A stretch of 64,000 bases of DNA from NCBI GenBank assembly GCA_050084515.1, contig CM114271.1, positions 19,282,001 to 19,346,000 on the forward strand. Reading direction: 5' to 3'. Below, one piece after another: positions 1-11,694 of this stretch. The translations under genes were made by a program, and so were the position numbers. Under the pieces are notes generated by a model. The model searched no databases, was not told where the DNA came from, and saw only the letters and a list, made by a program, of their open reading frames with translations. This DNA comes from Blasia pusilla. Taxonomy: Eukaryota. Position 1 is the first letter of the stretch. Each line of letters starts with the position of its first letter.

Positions 1-834
1 GGGCACTAGAGCAAGTAGCCGGTCCAGATGGGCCTAGAGGTCATGCATCAAGTGGTCCCGTTGGGGAACGAGGAGCTAGAGTTTCCCGATAGGGTGGTGG
101 AGTTGCCCATGGAGGAGGTTGAGTCCTACCACCTGGACGCGTCGAGGGAGACATCGGGCGTGAGACTGGGATGGCTGCTCAGATATAGCAGCTACAAGAG
201 CAAATTGCCGCTATGGCATTGAGGTTACCCGATGCCGGATCCATGGCATCGATATCATATGGAGCAGCTAGAGATATGGAGGATCCTGGTTGGATGTGCG
301 GGGTTGCCCAAATGGAGGCCGCCGCAATTGTGACGTGTGGAGCAGCCGCAGAGTTGGATCCACATCGAGGGGAAGCCAAGAAAGAAACTAGGCTTCCTTA
401 GTCTTTCACGTTGTCCGAGGCGATGAGGACCCCATGGAAGGATCGTGATCAGAGTTCCCGGAGAGTTGGTGATGTTATTGGTGTGCAAGCATGGAGGGCA
501 ATGGGAGAAATGAGTGCAACGACTCCTATTTTTGATGCTCAGGAGGAGCATGTGTTGAGTACGATGTTGGGGGCAACCAGGTTGATATATCATGCTTCGC
601 TATTTTCTACTTCCGATGTTATGACATTGGGAGGTACGCCCACCGAGGTGTTCCGGCTGGCCGCTACGCTATGTGAGCGTGGAGTTGGAGTTCCTACATC
701 ACATTCAGAGGTGATTGTAGAGGAGGTGATGGACCTGCCCTTGGAGCTGATGCTCGGGCCGTCCACATCAGATTCATGGCAGGCTGCGGTTGCTAGGATG
801 GCGGAGATGCCTCTAGACCCGCGATAGAGCATGC

Positions 835-1290
835 CATGGCTTCTCTTGTTGTTGTGTTGCTAGATAACCATGGAGAGGTCTTCTAGTTGGTGAGTCATGG
901 AGATAGAGCCTTTAGTCCGCACCACGTCTTGTTGGATTCAGGAGCGCAACCCTTGATGTTGGGGAAAATGTCATTTAGAGGATTGGGGTTGATGAGAGCC
1001 GATGTGGAGCATTTTCTATTCTAGATACAGACATCCTTGGATGGAGAGAGTACCACATAATATATCACCCGACAGGAGGTCGTGGTGAGGATTTGTCCGG
1101 GACATCCTACAAATGAGTATGTGGTGCGAGCCAAGGCGATAGTGACTAATGTAAAGTCTTGCGATGTCTTGGTTGATGGAGTAGTGTTATACTCGATGGG
1201 GTTTTCCCTGGATTACTGGGAGGAGTCAACGTCCTATAGACTAGGATGGCAGTCAGGTGATGTGCGTCTTAGCTCATTACCCGTTTGATT
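835..1290 (+). pseudogene. Retropepsin-type aspartic protease domain of copy 1
   Basis: HHVLLDSGAQPLMLG (catalytic D-S-G at 935-943), then ...SCDVLVDGVVLYSMGFSLDYW. Several in-frame stops. Confidence 0.8.
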
Positions 1291-1648
1291 CATAGGTGTA
1301 GTGATCGAGCGACGGCCAGGAGAGCTCGCGACCTTAGCAACATATAGCAGTGCCATCACTTGGCCTAGTGATTTGATTGAGGGACATGTCCATGCACAGG
1401 ATACTCCCGTTCCTAACATTTCTATGGAGAGGAGTGTAATGGTAGCCGCATGAGTCCATGGAGGAGAGGTGCCGCTTTGGGGCTCGATTGAGAAGCTTCG
1501 ACGCTTAGCCATTGAGCATGTGTAGACCGCGTGGAGAAAAACGTTTGCACCAGAGTGTGACACGTCAGAGGAACCCCAAGTAGCTAGGAGTGTTGCTATG
1601 ACCCCTTTGTACACCACCCCGATTGTGTGGTGCATCCCATAGGAGGAT

Positions 1649-1963
1649 ATACGGGTGTTGGATCTCTTTGGAGGAATCAGCACTAGGTTAGCTGTTGTTT
1701 TGTAGGCAGGAGTACGTGTGCAGCAATATTTGTATGTGGAGATTGATGATGTTGCGAAGCGCGCTTCACTTCACCATGTGGCAAAGTTACGCCTCCATTT
1801 TCCCGACTTGTTGTCTACGTCCGCTGTCCAGGAATACCAGAGTTCCCTACCGAGGGATATTTCATTGTTGGGGGCGTAGGACTTGGAGCGGGTACGGGCC
1901 ATAGATTTGGCCATTTTTAGTTGGCCGTGTCAGGGCCAATCGAGTGTTGGACGAGGTAGCGGG
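1649..1963 (+). pseudogene. Cytosine-5 DNA methyltransferase, motifs I-IV (copy 1, truncated)
   Basis: IRVLDLFGGIS (motif I), YLYVEIDD (II), RDISLLG (III), IFSWPCQGQSSVGRG (IV, catalytic Pro-Cys intact, TGT at 1928-1930). Two TAG stops; truncated after motif IV. Confidence 0.9.
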
Positions 1964-1971
1964 TTTTGCGG

Positions 1972-2101
1972 ATGGTGAAGAGAGGACTACGCAAGTATGG
2001 CTTGCAGAGAGGTCACCTAGGAGATTAGGACCTCTAGTTGCCGTGGTTGGCAATGGGATACAGATTGAGCAGGCAGACCTCCTTAGCGTCTTTCTCACCA
2101 T
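1972..2101 (+). pseudogene. Gypsy integrase core C-terminal part (left of insertion)
   Basis: MVKRGLRKYGLQRGHLGD*DL*LPWLAMGYRLSRQTSLASFSP fits the integrase W..LP....YR......SPY pattern. Confidence 0.75.
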
Positions 2102-2717
2102 TGTCGTATAGTAAAATCAGCCAGTGTGTAAACTCCTTTCTTGTTAAGTGTTCGATAGAGTTTTATTAGTATTAAGTAAATTAGCTTAGGAAAAGGAAAT
2201 TCCCATGTTTAAACCTCTTTATGGTGCCTCTTTTATGCGGGCCCAACTGTGAGAAAAGAGAAAGTGATGAAATGACTGAAATCTTTAGAAAACTTAGAGA
2301 TATAAAGTGGCCTATTCCGTCCATGCGCTCATAGAAGAGCTTCGCTCGAACCTGAATATGGAGATAACTCGACATACAAGAATGCGCTACCGCTGCCCAT
2401 TCTAGGAAAAAAGGGTCAAGATTTTCAGTAGACGTGAGGGATTTCTTGATTTCGATTCAATGTGTCTAAAGGCACAACAAAAATAAATCTGAGTAAAATA
2501 GCAAGAAGCCTCGATGTTTTTGGCACATACCGAAGGATGTGCAGGTTTGGAGGGGATGAATGTCGTATAGTAAAATCAACTAGTGTGTAAACTTTTTCCT
2601 CGTTAGGTGTTAGATACAGTTTTATTAGTATTAAGTAAACTAGTTTAGGAAAAGGAAATCCCCATGTTTAAACCTCTTTATGGTGCCTCTTTTATACGGG
2701 CCCAACTTTAGGAAAAG
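2102..2717 (+). repeat. ~155-bp direct repeat of the LTR 5' end (2102-2257 and 2561-2717)
   Basis: Both copies read tgtcgtatagtaaaatca...gggcccaact. Confidence 0.85.
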
Positions 2718-3832
2718 AGGTAATAAATAAAAGATGACTTTATAAAAGTAAAGTTGTGAGGTTGGTGCTTTAATAAAAAGCGAAAGTAGGCTTGGTTGGT
2801 GGCTAGGTTAGTTGGGGTGATTTGGAAAATATCAAGTGGGTAAAAGAGGATATTTTGGAAGAGATAAGAGGAAATCTACTTGTGTCAAAATATGATTGGC
2901 TAAGCCTTGAGAGGAAGTCATGTGGCACAAGATAAGATGAGTTCTATTTTGTACTCTTGTAGATCACTTGTGAGTATATAAAGAGGAGGGACCTTCAAGG
3001 GTTCATCACCTTCTATTCCACATCTTGAGTCTCTCGTGTCACTCTTGAGTGTATGGTTTTGGGATTGCTTGCTCTTCCAATGAGAGTGGATCATCCCTCT
3101 TGGGAGAGTAACTTGATCATGATCTATTCTTCGAGAGGTTTCTAGAGTGTGGTGTGTGTGTGGAGATGAGAGGTTTATCACCTTAGAGGAGTTTAGTCAT
3201 ACTAAAATAGTGAATGTTTTGGCTTGTTACTTTCCCAATGAGAGTGGATTACCCCTCTTGGGAGAATAACTCCGCCACAACCCATTCTTGAGGAAAGTAG
3301 AGAATGTGTGTCAAGCATGGATAGGAGTGGAGCAAGAGTTGTGCCCGACTTTCCTTTCTTCAATCCATACCATGTTAAGGTACTCTTTGTAGATAGGCAC
3401 TGGTTCACTCGCTATTTAGTTTATCACTTTGGGGAGGCGTTCATGAACCAAGTCATTCAATTTCCAATTCCGATGATCCTTCCTATCGTCACATATGGAA
3501 GGACATGGGATTGTACTTTGTATGTCTTTATATAGCGATCCATGGACGTCAATAGGCCTGCTCAAGTAGGTTTTAACATTAGTTGTGCTATCTTCCTCGT
3601 GTACAAGCGTAAAGTAGTTTATAGGGATTTTATAGTTAGAAATTTCGGAAGTTATGAAGAAGTGATCGCCTCGGCACTTCCATTTGTCATACCTATTGTG
3701 AGAGAATGGAGAATGTACATAATAATTTTGTATTGAAAAAATAGAACTTCTTAGAGAGTTCATCTTGCATCGACCACGTCTTCTGCAGTTAGAAGGTCTG
3801 CCCTTACTCAAAGAAAGCCTCTCCACACGACG
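2102..3832. mobile_element. Solo-LTR-like insertion (1.73 kb) splitting the integrase
   Basis: Termini TGTCGT...ACGACG (5/6 inverted), flanked by CCAT/CCGT (apparent 4-bp TSD). The integrase reads SP|PYLLL across it. Confidence 0.7.
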
Positions 3833-4446
3833 CCGTACTTGCTTTTGTATAGCCAAGAGCCACATTTACTTGCGGCCATTCGTCGAGATGTTGATGAGGT
3901 GTTGAACCTTGATGACCCTCATGTATGGATATGAGCATGTTCTTAGAGGGCTAAATTATTTCGGAGAGTGATGCCCATGGCGTTTGAGAACTTGGCGATT
4001 GCGCAACATCGGGATACATTGAGGTATGCGACTATACGGGGAGGTGGCTATCGACCTACTATCATGAGGCTTCATCGAGGAGACTATATGTGTACTTGTA
4101 GCAGACGGTACCCACAACGTTGGATGTGACTGTAGGGCGCACCATCTTGAAAGTGTGTGAGGTTCTCCCATCAAGAGTTCTCTTATTGGAGGGAAGCGAT
4201 GGTATGGTTTGGAAGGACCATGTGCATAATTGTGCACCGTATCACCTTCCGAACATTGACGGTACAGTTGATCCGAGCTTAGCAAGAGTTCCTAAAAGCT
4301 TGCGATGTATGTTGTATGGTTCTGCCCGCGGTGCAACCACTATGCTAATTTGTGATGGATGTTCGAGAGGATGGCATATGGCATGTTTGATGCCACCTCT
4401 CACTAGGGTTCCTCAGGGATGATGGATGTGTCCCAAATGTACATAA
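3833..4446 (+). pseudogene. Integrase C-terminal region plus PHD finger
   Basis: PYLLLYSQEP...MAFENLAIAQHRDTLRYATIRGGGYRP...WKDHVHNCAP...LRCMLYGSARGATTMLICDGCSRGWHMACLMPPLTRVPQG*WMCPKCT*. C4HC3 PHD with the second Cys as Tyr (TAT). Confidence 0.88.
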
Positions 4447-4485
4447 CATATGTAGTTCTACGTTCCAACTTACACTCAAAATTCA

Positions 4486-4813
4486 ACCATACACTCAAAA
4501 TGGTACTTATCTAAAATAGTAAGTTCTTCAATATGGCTCCAAATGAGCCGAAACGAAGGGGAAACCTACTCTCTCAGGTTTCTCGGGGCCTTAGTAGGTC
4601 ATCCTCGACCTCATGAGCCTGTCCTCCATTACTCGCGAAGGCGGTCTACTAGATCTCATTGATCTATCCTAAAAGATGTGATAGTTGTCGTGCGTATGCA
4701 AATTGCTACACAACATACATGGTTGTCACCGAATACACACACAAACATGCATGATCCCATGCTAACTCATGGCATCCAAACAACGAGACAAGAAGTACCA
4801 AAATATCTCCAAT
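4486..4813 (-). repeat. LTR-like repeat family X: two head-to-tail partial copies (4486-4683, 4686-4813)
   Basis: 4486-4683 is the reverse complement of 58182-58380. 4686-4813 matches 11273 and 63533. Confidence 0.8.
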
Positions 4814-5597
4814 TGCCCCCTTAGCTGGTGGTTAGGATCCTCTAACTCTAGATAGCCATCTATCCCTACCTACCATGACATACATCTCTTGGACGCATTG
4901 AGCAAGAAGGCCGGGTGCTCATGTGGCCCCATCGTTAGTCGTCTTCTTGTCATCCATTTACCTATGGGGTTTGCAAGATGTAGTGGTGGTCAACCCCATG
5001 ACGATACAATGACCACGTTGGCAACATTGACAGGTAATAGCTATTAGCTAGCCATGACAGTTGTTGGAGGTAAACAAAAATATGGAGGACATCCAGATAG
5101 TCGATAGACCCACGGAGAGACATGCCATGGTAGGTGTCTCTTCCCACATTGGTGAGACCTCTTCACTATTGTTAGGTACAAGCATTGGATTGCAGAGGAG
5201 TGTAGACGAGCTTGTGAGGCAAGCGTGTTGCTATGCATGTGTCATGGAGAAGACAGAGTCAGGTAGCGGTCATGCTCTTGGAGTGGAGACTTGATATCTT
5301 TGGATATCACACCTATTGTGTCGCAACGTCTAGAGGAGGGTGTCACAGGGTGTGAGAGTGTTAGATCTCTTCAAAGGGATCATGAAGGAGGTTAGCTACA
5401 GTGTTGCATGATGACGTATGGGTACATCGATATCTCTAGGTGGAGATAAATGAGATGGATCCACGGGCGAGCATGTGTTGGGAGATGTTGTGGGGATGAA
5501 GGCACCAACGGTGGTAGGTGTTTATAGGGTAGTAGGTCATGTCAAATAGATGTGATGTATGGTATTTGGAATTAGGGAGACCCAATTGCCAACTAGG

Positions 5598-5893
5598 TAT
5601 GGTTGCACAAAAATTCGTTAAGTCCGCCCTTAGGACAAACATGGACATACAAGTTTGGATATGCCGGACGGACATGGATTGCAAAAGGTGGAAGGTAGGG
5701 CAAGGGCGGAAGGGAAAACAAAGAGGAAACAAAGTGGAGGTGAGAGGAGGAAGAAATGAGAAAGTGAGTATCATGAAGGCAAGTGGGGAGGATAAGAAAG
5801 AAGGGGGAGATGGGGCCCATATGGACAAGACCTTCTATAGGATGGACGTAAGTCAACGGATATGGAGATGGACTTTTTCCATATCCAACCTTG
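5598..5893. mobile_element. hAT-type MITE (CAAGGTTGCA TIR family)
   Basis: Degenerate TIRs tatggttgcac / ccaaccttg, GGAC/GTCC subterminal motifs, 8-bp flanks caactagg/tagctagg. Confidence 0.7.
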
Positions 5894-7782
5894 TAGCTAG
5901 GGGAGCGATTGTGTGATCTTGATATACATGCATGAGTTCATTTTTTTATGTGTATGGATCTATTTTTTGGTTGGGAAGATTGTTGTTGTGTTGTGTGGAC
6001 GTGACCAACAATGTATGCGTATAACACCCCCCTCACTTCTTGTCACTTCTCCTCCTCTCCCTGCAGTTCTTGTCACTCCGCATGGACATATCCGTCCCTA
6101 GGACGAATATGTCTATGCGGGCCCAGGTTCCCGCGGCTTGCACCCGATCTTACTCCACACGCAACATAGACCCAAGCTGGACTAGCACCATCCACCCCAG
6201 CCACCCATCGACTGTTCTTACCATTCGTTCTATAGCCCACACCGAACTTATAGAGGCTTGAAGTCAATCTGAAAAGTCAATCCGAAAATTTGTGTAGTCG
6301 TCGGGCCTACTACAATTTCGGATTGACTTGAATGTGGACCACTGAAGGTTCCCTTTTCGTCACAGAATGTCCACTCAACTATCACTCTAGCACCAAAGTC
6401 AATCCGAAATTGTAGTAGTCAAGAGACAGAAGGTGGGATTAGGGGTAGTCCTAGACCGGGAAATCAAGCTCTCCGGGCATATAGACATTGTTCAGGTTGT
6501 AGTACCCGTCAATAAGGGTTCCATATAGGTGGATCCATGTCCCTACAATCGACTACTCATACATCAAGTGGTTTCTACACCTAAAGTCTCTTTATTATTG
6601 GGTCGCATGCATGCATGTGGTGACATTCATCTTTTGCATGGTCACTTACCCTTATATTCCTGTTCTTACATGATATGTTGCCAATATAGACGGATGTGAA
6701 TAACAGGTAATCTTTGCATTAAGGCTACAATATTCGGTACATGTCTAGGGTTTTTATAAACTCACATGAAGAAACTATCTACTTTTGCTATTACTTTAGA
6801 TTAGAAGTTCAACTGTGAGTAGTACGCGATGTTGCTTTAATTTTGATTTACTTTCCCATTACTCATATGATAGCACAATGCTAATAAAGTGGAATTGACT
6901 CAGCTTCTAATGAACCAATTCAAATAGAAAATGAAAAAAAATGCTGGTAAAAATGATAAAACGTAAGGCTAAGATCACCTATTTAAAAAAAATAATACTA
7001 AATAAAACCATAGTGGCCAAGAAAGCCCTGGATATTCTATGGAAAGTAAAAAACGTCAAAGTAAGCTGTGGCTTATAGAAGGTATTTACTGTCTGAGCCC
7101 TTTCAGGCACTCCCGGAATGGCTTTGGTGGTCTTCATGCCCCAAGACAGGGCTCTAACTATTGGTGAACAATCATGATTTTCGTATCTCTAGTAGATACA
7201 CTATGTAGTTTCTTTGCAGAACTTGTCTCGATCCTCACTTCATTCTTATGCACCAATCTTCTCAACTGATATTTTGGAGACCTTTGAGTTTCTTGATTGA
7301 CTTCCTTGGAAATTCCTAGGAACTCAATAGGCACAAGGAAGTATCCTCTATTCAATCCCTCTAAGAGTTTTCAAGAAGGGAGAGAGTCCCTTTGCAAATC
7401 CCTAAATTCTCGACCCTTTGAAAGGATTAACCTAGTATCCCAACTTTTCATCGTTTTCAACTTTCTATTTCCTTCGCACATTGAAAGTTGACCGTGTGTT
7501 GTAGGTGGTACTAATTTATCCAACTAAAAGTTTAGTTGGATAAAATCATCTAGAGAAAGTGGAGACCATTTTGAGCTCTGCAAGGGCGATGGATTTGCAC
7601 TCTTAATGCTATAGCATTTCTTGGATGGACCCACATTGACGTTGATAGTATTCCCTTTACCCTATGTGGATTTTATCGTTGTCCTTGTTGTTGCCATATT
7701 TGTTTTGACTAGATTGATTTTTTTCGGCTATAGATGAGAGGCACTACGTTTGTTAGAGTTGCATAGCTAAGAGCAAAGCTAG

Positions 7783-9400
7783 CACTAGAAGAATTGTGTG
7801 GTTTTTATGACTAGGCTTTAAATGACTTGCTGGAAGAACGACTCAAAGTATGACTACAATGGTTTAGTCCTAAATTTAAGGTTGCACAACTCACCTAGCC
7901 ATGTACTTATTACTAAAGTAGTTATCAATACCCTTTAGTAAAGACTAGTCATACTTCTTTCACTTGCCTAGTAATACAGAGTCATAAATAACGACTAGTG
8001 TGTTTTGTGATCTCATGCTCCAATGGTAACGTGTTTTTTAATGTTTTTGGGTATATAAATATATACATGTCCTACGTTCCTAGGATTGGGTTGCCCCTCG
8101 GGAACAAAATTGAACATTCTTACACCCTTGATTCAAGCGGAAACGTACTAAAAGAGGGCTCACGTATGAAGAGAAGGTTCCACCTCTCTCTGCTATTTTC
8201 ATGTCATCATGGAGTTAAAAAATTTGTCGCATCTTTGGATGGCAGTGAAAGTTAACACAAGCCAAGGCCTTAAATCCCTCCACACCTTGAATGGTTCAGA
8301 TCTGCCAGTTAGCTCTCCGTGCCCAAACCAAAAAGGAAAGACCACTTTACGCTTCACGATTTTTAATTCCATGTGTGAGTGGTCATTTGAAGTTTTTTCT
8401 TTTTCCTTATGTTTTTGGGTTAGGTTTTCCATCCATGAGAAAGTTTATGATTTTTTGCCCCATGTGGAGGGTGGAGGGTACAAAAAGCGATGCCAAGAAG
8501 AGGAGGAAGAGGGCATTGAGTAGGATTGTTTTGAGTCATGATGGCATTTTCATTGTATCATGAAGTTAAATTTTTCTCCCACCATTAGATGGTGATGAAA
8601 CCTGGCACAGACCAAGGCCTTTAATCCCTCCACACCTTGAATGGTTCAGATCTGCCAGTTAGCTCTCCGTGCTCAAACCAATAATGAAAGATTGGATTTA
8701 GGGTTTACAATTCTTAATTCCATGTGTGAGTGGTCATTTGAAGTTTTTTCTTTTTCCCTCTGTTCTTGGGTTAGGGTTACCATCCAAGAGAAAGTTTCAT
8801 GATTTTTGGGCCCCATGTGGAGGGTGGAGGGTACAAAAAGTGACGCCAAGAAGGAGGAAGAGGGCGTTGAGTAGGATTGTTTCGAGTTATGATGGCATTT
8901 TCATTGTATCATGAAGTTAACTTTCTCTCCTACCATTGGATGGTGATGAAACCTAGCACACACTAAGGCCTTAAATCCCTCCACATCTTGAACGGTTCAG
9001 AGCTACCAATTAGCTCTTTGTGCTCAAACCAAAAATGAAAGATTAGTTTTAGGGTTTACAATTTTTAATCCATGTGTGAGGGGTCATTTGTAATTTTTTC
9101 TTTTGATCTGTATTCCTGGAGTTGGGTTGCTCCCATGGGAACAGTTTCAAGATCTTAAGAACTCATAGTTAAGGAGGAGGGGAGGAAATGATGGATCAAG
9201 AAGGAGGACGAGGACTTTGAGTGGTCTCGTTCCAAGGCGTTGCATTATTTTCATGGTAACATAGTGTTTTCTTTTCTTTCCACCATTGGATGGGGATGAA
9301 TATTTTTCTTAGCCTTGCTATTAGATTTCCCGAGAACTTTGACGGTTCAGATCTTCCATTGAAGCTCCCATACTAATAGCAAAAATACGTGTAGATAAGT
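7783..9400. mobile_element. Non-coding CACTA derivative (left end) with ~350-bp tandem array
   Basis: CACTAGAAGAA at 7783 (same as 45413), followed by TGACT/AGTCA subterminal repeats. Right end not established. Confidence 0.6.
8203..9380 (+). repeat. Tandem array, ~3.4 units of ~350 bp
   Basis: GGTTCAG anchor at about 8293, 8643, 8994 and 9344. Confidence 0.85.
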
Positions 9401-10117
9401 AGAAAGACGCGGCTCCCTATGGTTCCATCCTTCATGCCCATCCATCCACTTCCTTATGGACCCATTGGTTGCTCTCCTTCCCTCTCTTGTCTTGACGATC
9501 TCTTATATGAATGACAATAGATAACATTCCATTTTTACAACCCCTACTTGCCTTTCTAATCCGTACTTTTTTGTGTCTTTCTCCTCCCACCTCCACTCCC
9601 TCCCCCCTTATTGTCACCCACACCCTTGCCTTCCCTTCCACCATGGACTATAAGTATGGATTCCACCTTTTGCAGTCCATATCTGTCCTAGAGACGGACT
9701 TGTCCATTTTAATGTAATCATGCTTAAACCAACAAGTGCTACTAGAGATTTGAAATACCCCTATGATACAAATGACCTAGTTAAAATAAATGTAGAGTAA
9801 ATTTATGTGTAATGACTATGACAACATATTTTAGAGGAAGCAATATAGCTCAACAACCACAACCTTATGATAAGACTGTGATTGATGAGCACATGAGACA
9901 CTTCTAAGAAAAGATAATTCATAAAAAAAATTTAATTTTCACTTTTTTCTTCCATAAATAGGTGCAAAAATTAGTTTCCTATCTCAAATCAAGGTTGAAG
10001 AAAATTTTTTGGGTACTTTTGTCAACTAAGTGATGGTAGGGTTTCATGGGAAAATATTAGACTCAAGTGCATTCCCAACTAGAAAAAATTCCACATGGTA
10101 GACTTAATGGTGTCTCT

Positions 10118-10351
10118 TGGATCTAAGAGTACAAGTAGTTTAACATCCCCAAGCTTTGTAGATTTTATCCCACTTAGGCTTATGAGGCTCAAGAAGTATG
10201 TTTGTATCAATTGAGAGGGTGTTTTATTTTCAGAGGTGGATCTAAGAGTACATATAGTTTGACATTCCCAAGCTTTGTAGTTTTTATCCCACTTAGGCTT
10301 ATGAGGCTCAAGAAGTGTGTTTGTACCAATTGAGAGGGTGTTTTATTTTCA
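10118..10351 (+). repeat. 119-bp tandem duplication
   Basis: tggatctaagagtaca...gttttattttca at 10118 and 10237. Confidence 0.85.
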
Positions 10352-11272
10352 AATGCCGCACTTTATTACTCACACATTTGGTTCCTTACAAGAGAACGAT
10401 ATGTTATGTTTATAGAGAGAGTATATATGTATTTCAATTCCACTCACCTACGTACAAGCTACCATTGAATTTCTAGAGGATATGCTAATGTATTGAAAAT
10501 TCTAGAGAATATGCCTACCAACACATCATAGGACTCTTCTAGTGTCCTAATCGCACGAGTGTGCACCATCACACTATCTGATGCATGCTCTAGCTGGAGT
10601 CTAAGAGCTAGCTCTTGTCGAGTCATGTCCTACGTGGGTGACATGCCCTCAATAGAGGTTTGTATCTTAAAGCTAGGGAAAAGGCTCAATGTTGCCTTTC
10701 CGTAACCCCAATGCCAAATACGATGCCTTCCCTAACATCAAGGTTTGCGCTCCTTGATCAAGTAAGATGCGCTACAAATGGTACATTGTACCCATGGGAC
10801 TAACCAAGCAAAGCAAAAGGAATATGTTGAAGACCCTTACAAAATCCACACGAGTTGAAATTTAAAGTTCAATACACTAGTAAGCATATTACCGCTATAA
10901 AATCATTTAAATTATTATGGGAGAGTGCCTTCTTGATTTACAAACACCTCTACGCTTGACACATGGCAATTGCGCAGTAAGAAAATGTTTCACATGCAAG
11001 GAAAAAAAGTTGAATTTATGTGCAACATCATGAATCTCTTTCCTTCATATGCTATACACTAGCTCTTCGAACATTTTTTATTTCTCGGATATCGCACTGG
11101 CACGTTACTAGTCTTATTTAAGTTGGACCACATAGCAAATAAGAATTAAGCTTTGTAGAAGAGAGAGAAAAATGATGATGCATATTAATAAAGTGAGTTA
11201 AATTCTATGGAGAAGGCAAGAGAAATGCACTAAACATTTCTTCCGTCAAATATTGTGCCCTACTTTCTCCTT

Positions 11273-11693
11273 TGTCATGCGTATACATATCGCTACACAA
11301 CATATATTGTTGTCACCGAACACACACACAAACACACACGATCCCATGCTAACTCATGGCATCCAAACAACGAGACAAGAAGTACCAGAATATCTCCAAT
11401 CCAATCTCTCTCAACACCATAGCTCTCAAATGTGTGCCTTCTCACATGTCTCTCTCAATGTCAAACCAAACCCACTCTCCTAATGAGAGACTTGGGTTAC
11501 ACACACAAGGCAAGCAAAGACCATAGTTTCACTGCCTCATGCCAAGAGGTTCAACAAAGAGAGAATGAGCTCTCAAGCTCTCTCCCCTTGAGGTGTACCT
11601 CTCCCCTCTCCCAAGCTCTATACATGGTAACCTATGCTCCCAAGTCACCTCCTTGGCTCTTGACCTGATGTAGGAGGTCAAGGGCCACTTACC
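11273..11693 (-). repeat. LTR-like repeat family X, partial copy
   Basis: Starts tgtcatgc; closely similar to 63533-63960 and to the reverse complement of 58395-58680. Confidence 0.85.
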
Positions 11694-11694
11694 T

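Larger units (their letters stand above)
1..4446 (+). mobile_element. Degenerate Ty3/Gypsy-type retrotransposon, copy 1 (gag end - protease - C5 DNA methyltransferase N-half - deletion - integrase C-terminus - PHD finger), interrupted by an LTR insertion
   Basis: Translation through stops and frameshifts gives VLLDSGAQ (926-949), IRVLDLFGG (1649), SWPCQGQS (1919), LPWLAMGYRLSRQTSLASFSP (to 2100) resuming as PYLLLY (3833), and a PHD ending at 4446. Bases 1-135 and 1273-1960 match 61575-61712 and 61955-62613. Confidence 0.88.

Noticed and set aside
7783-10544. ctcttctagtg at 10534-10544 as the right TIR of the CACTA at 7783
   Set aside because: 3-bp flanks differ (tag vs tcc) and there are no adjacent subterminal repeats.
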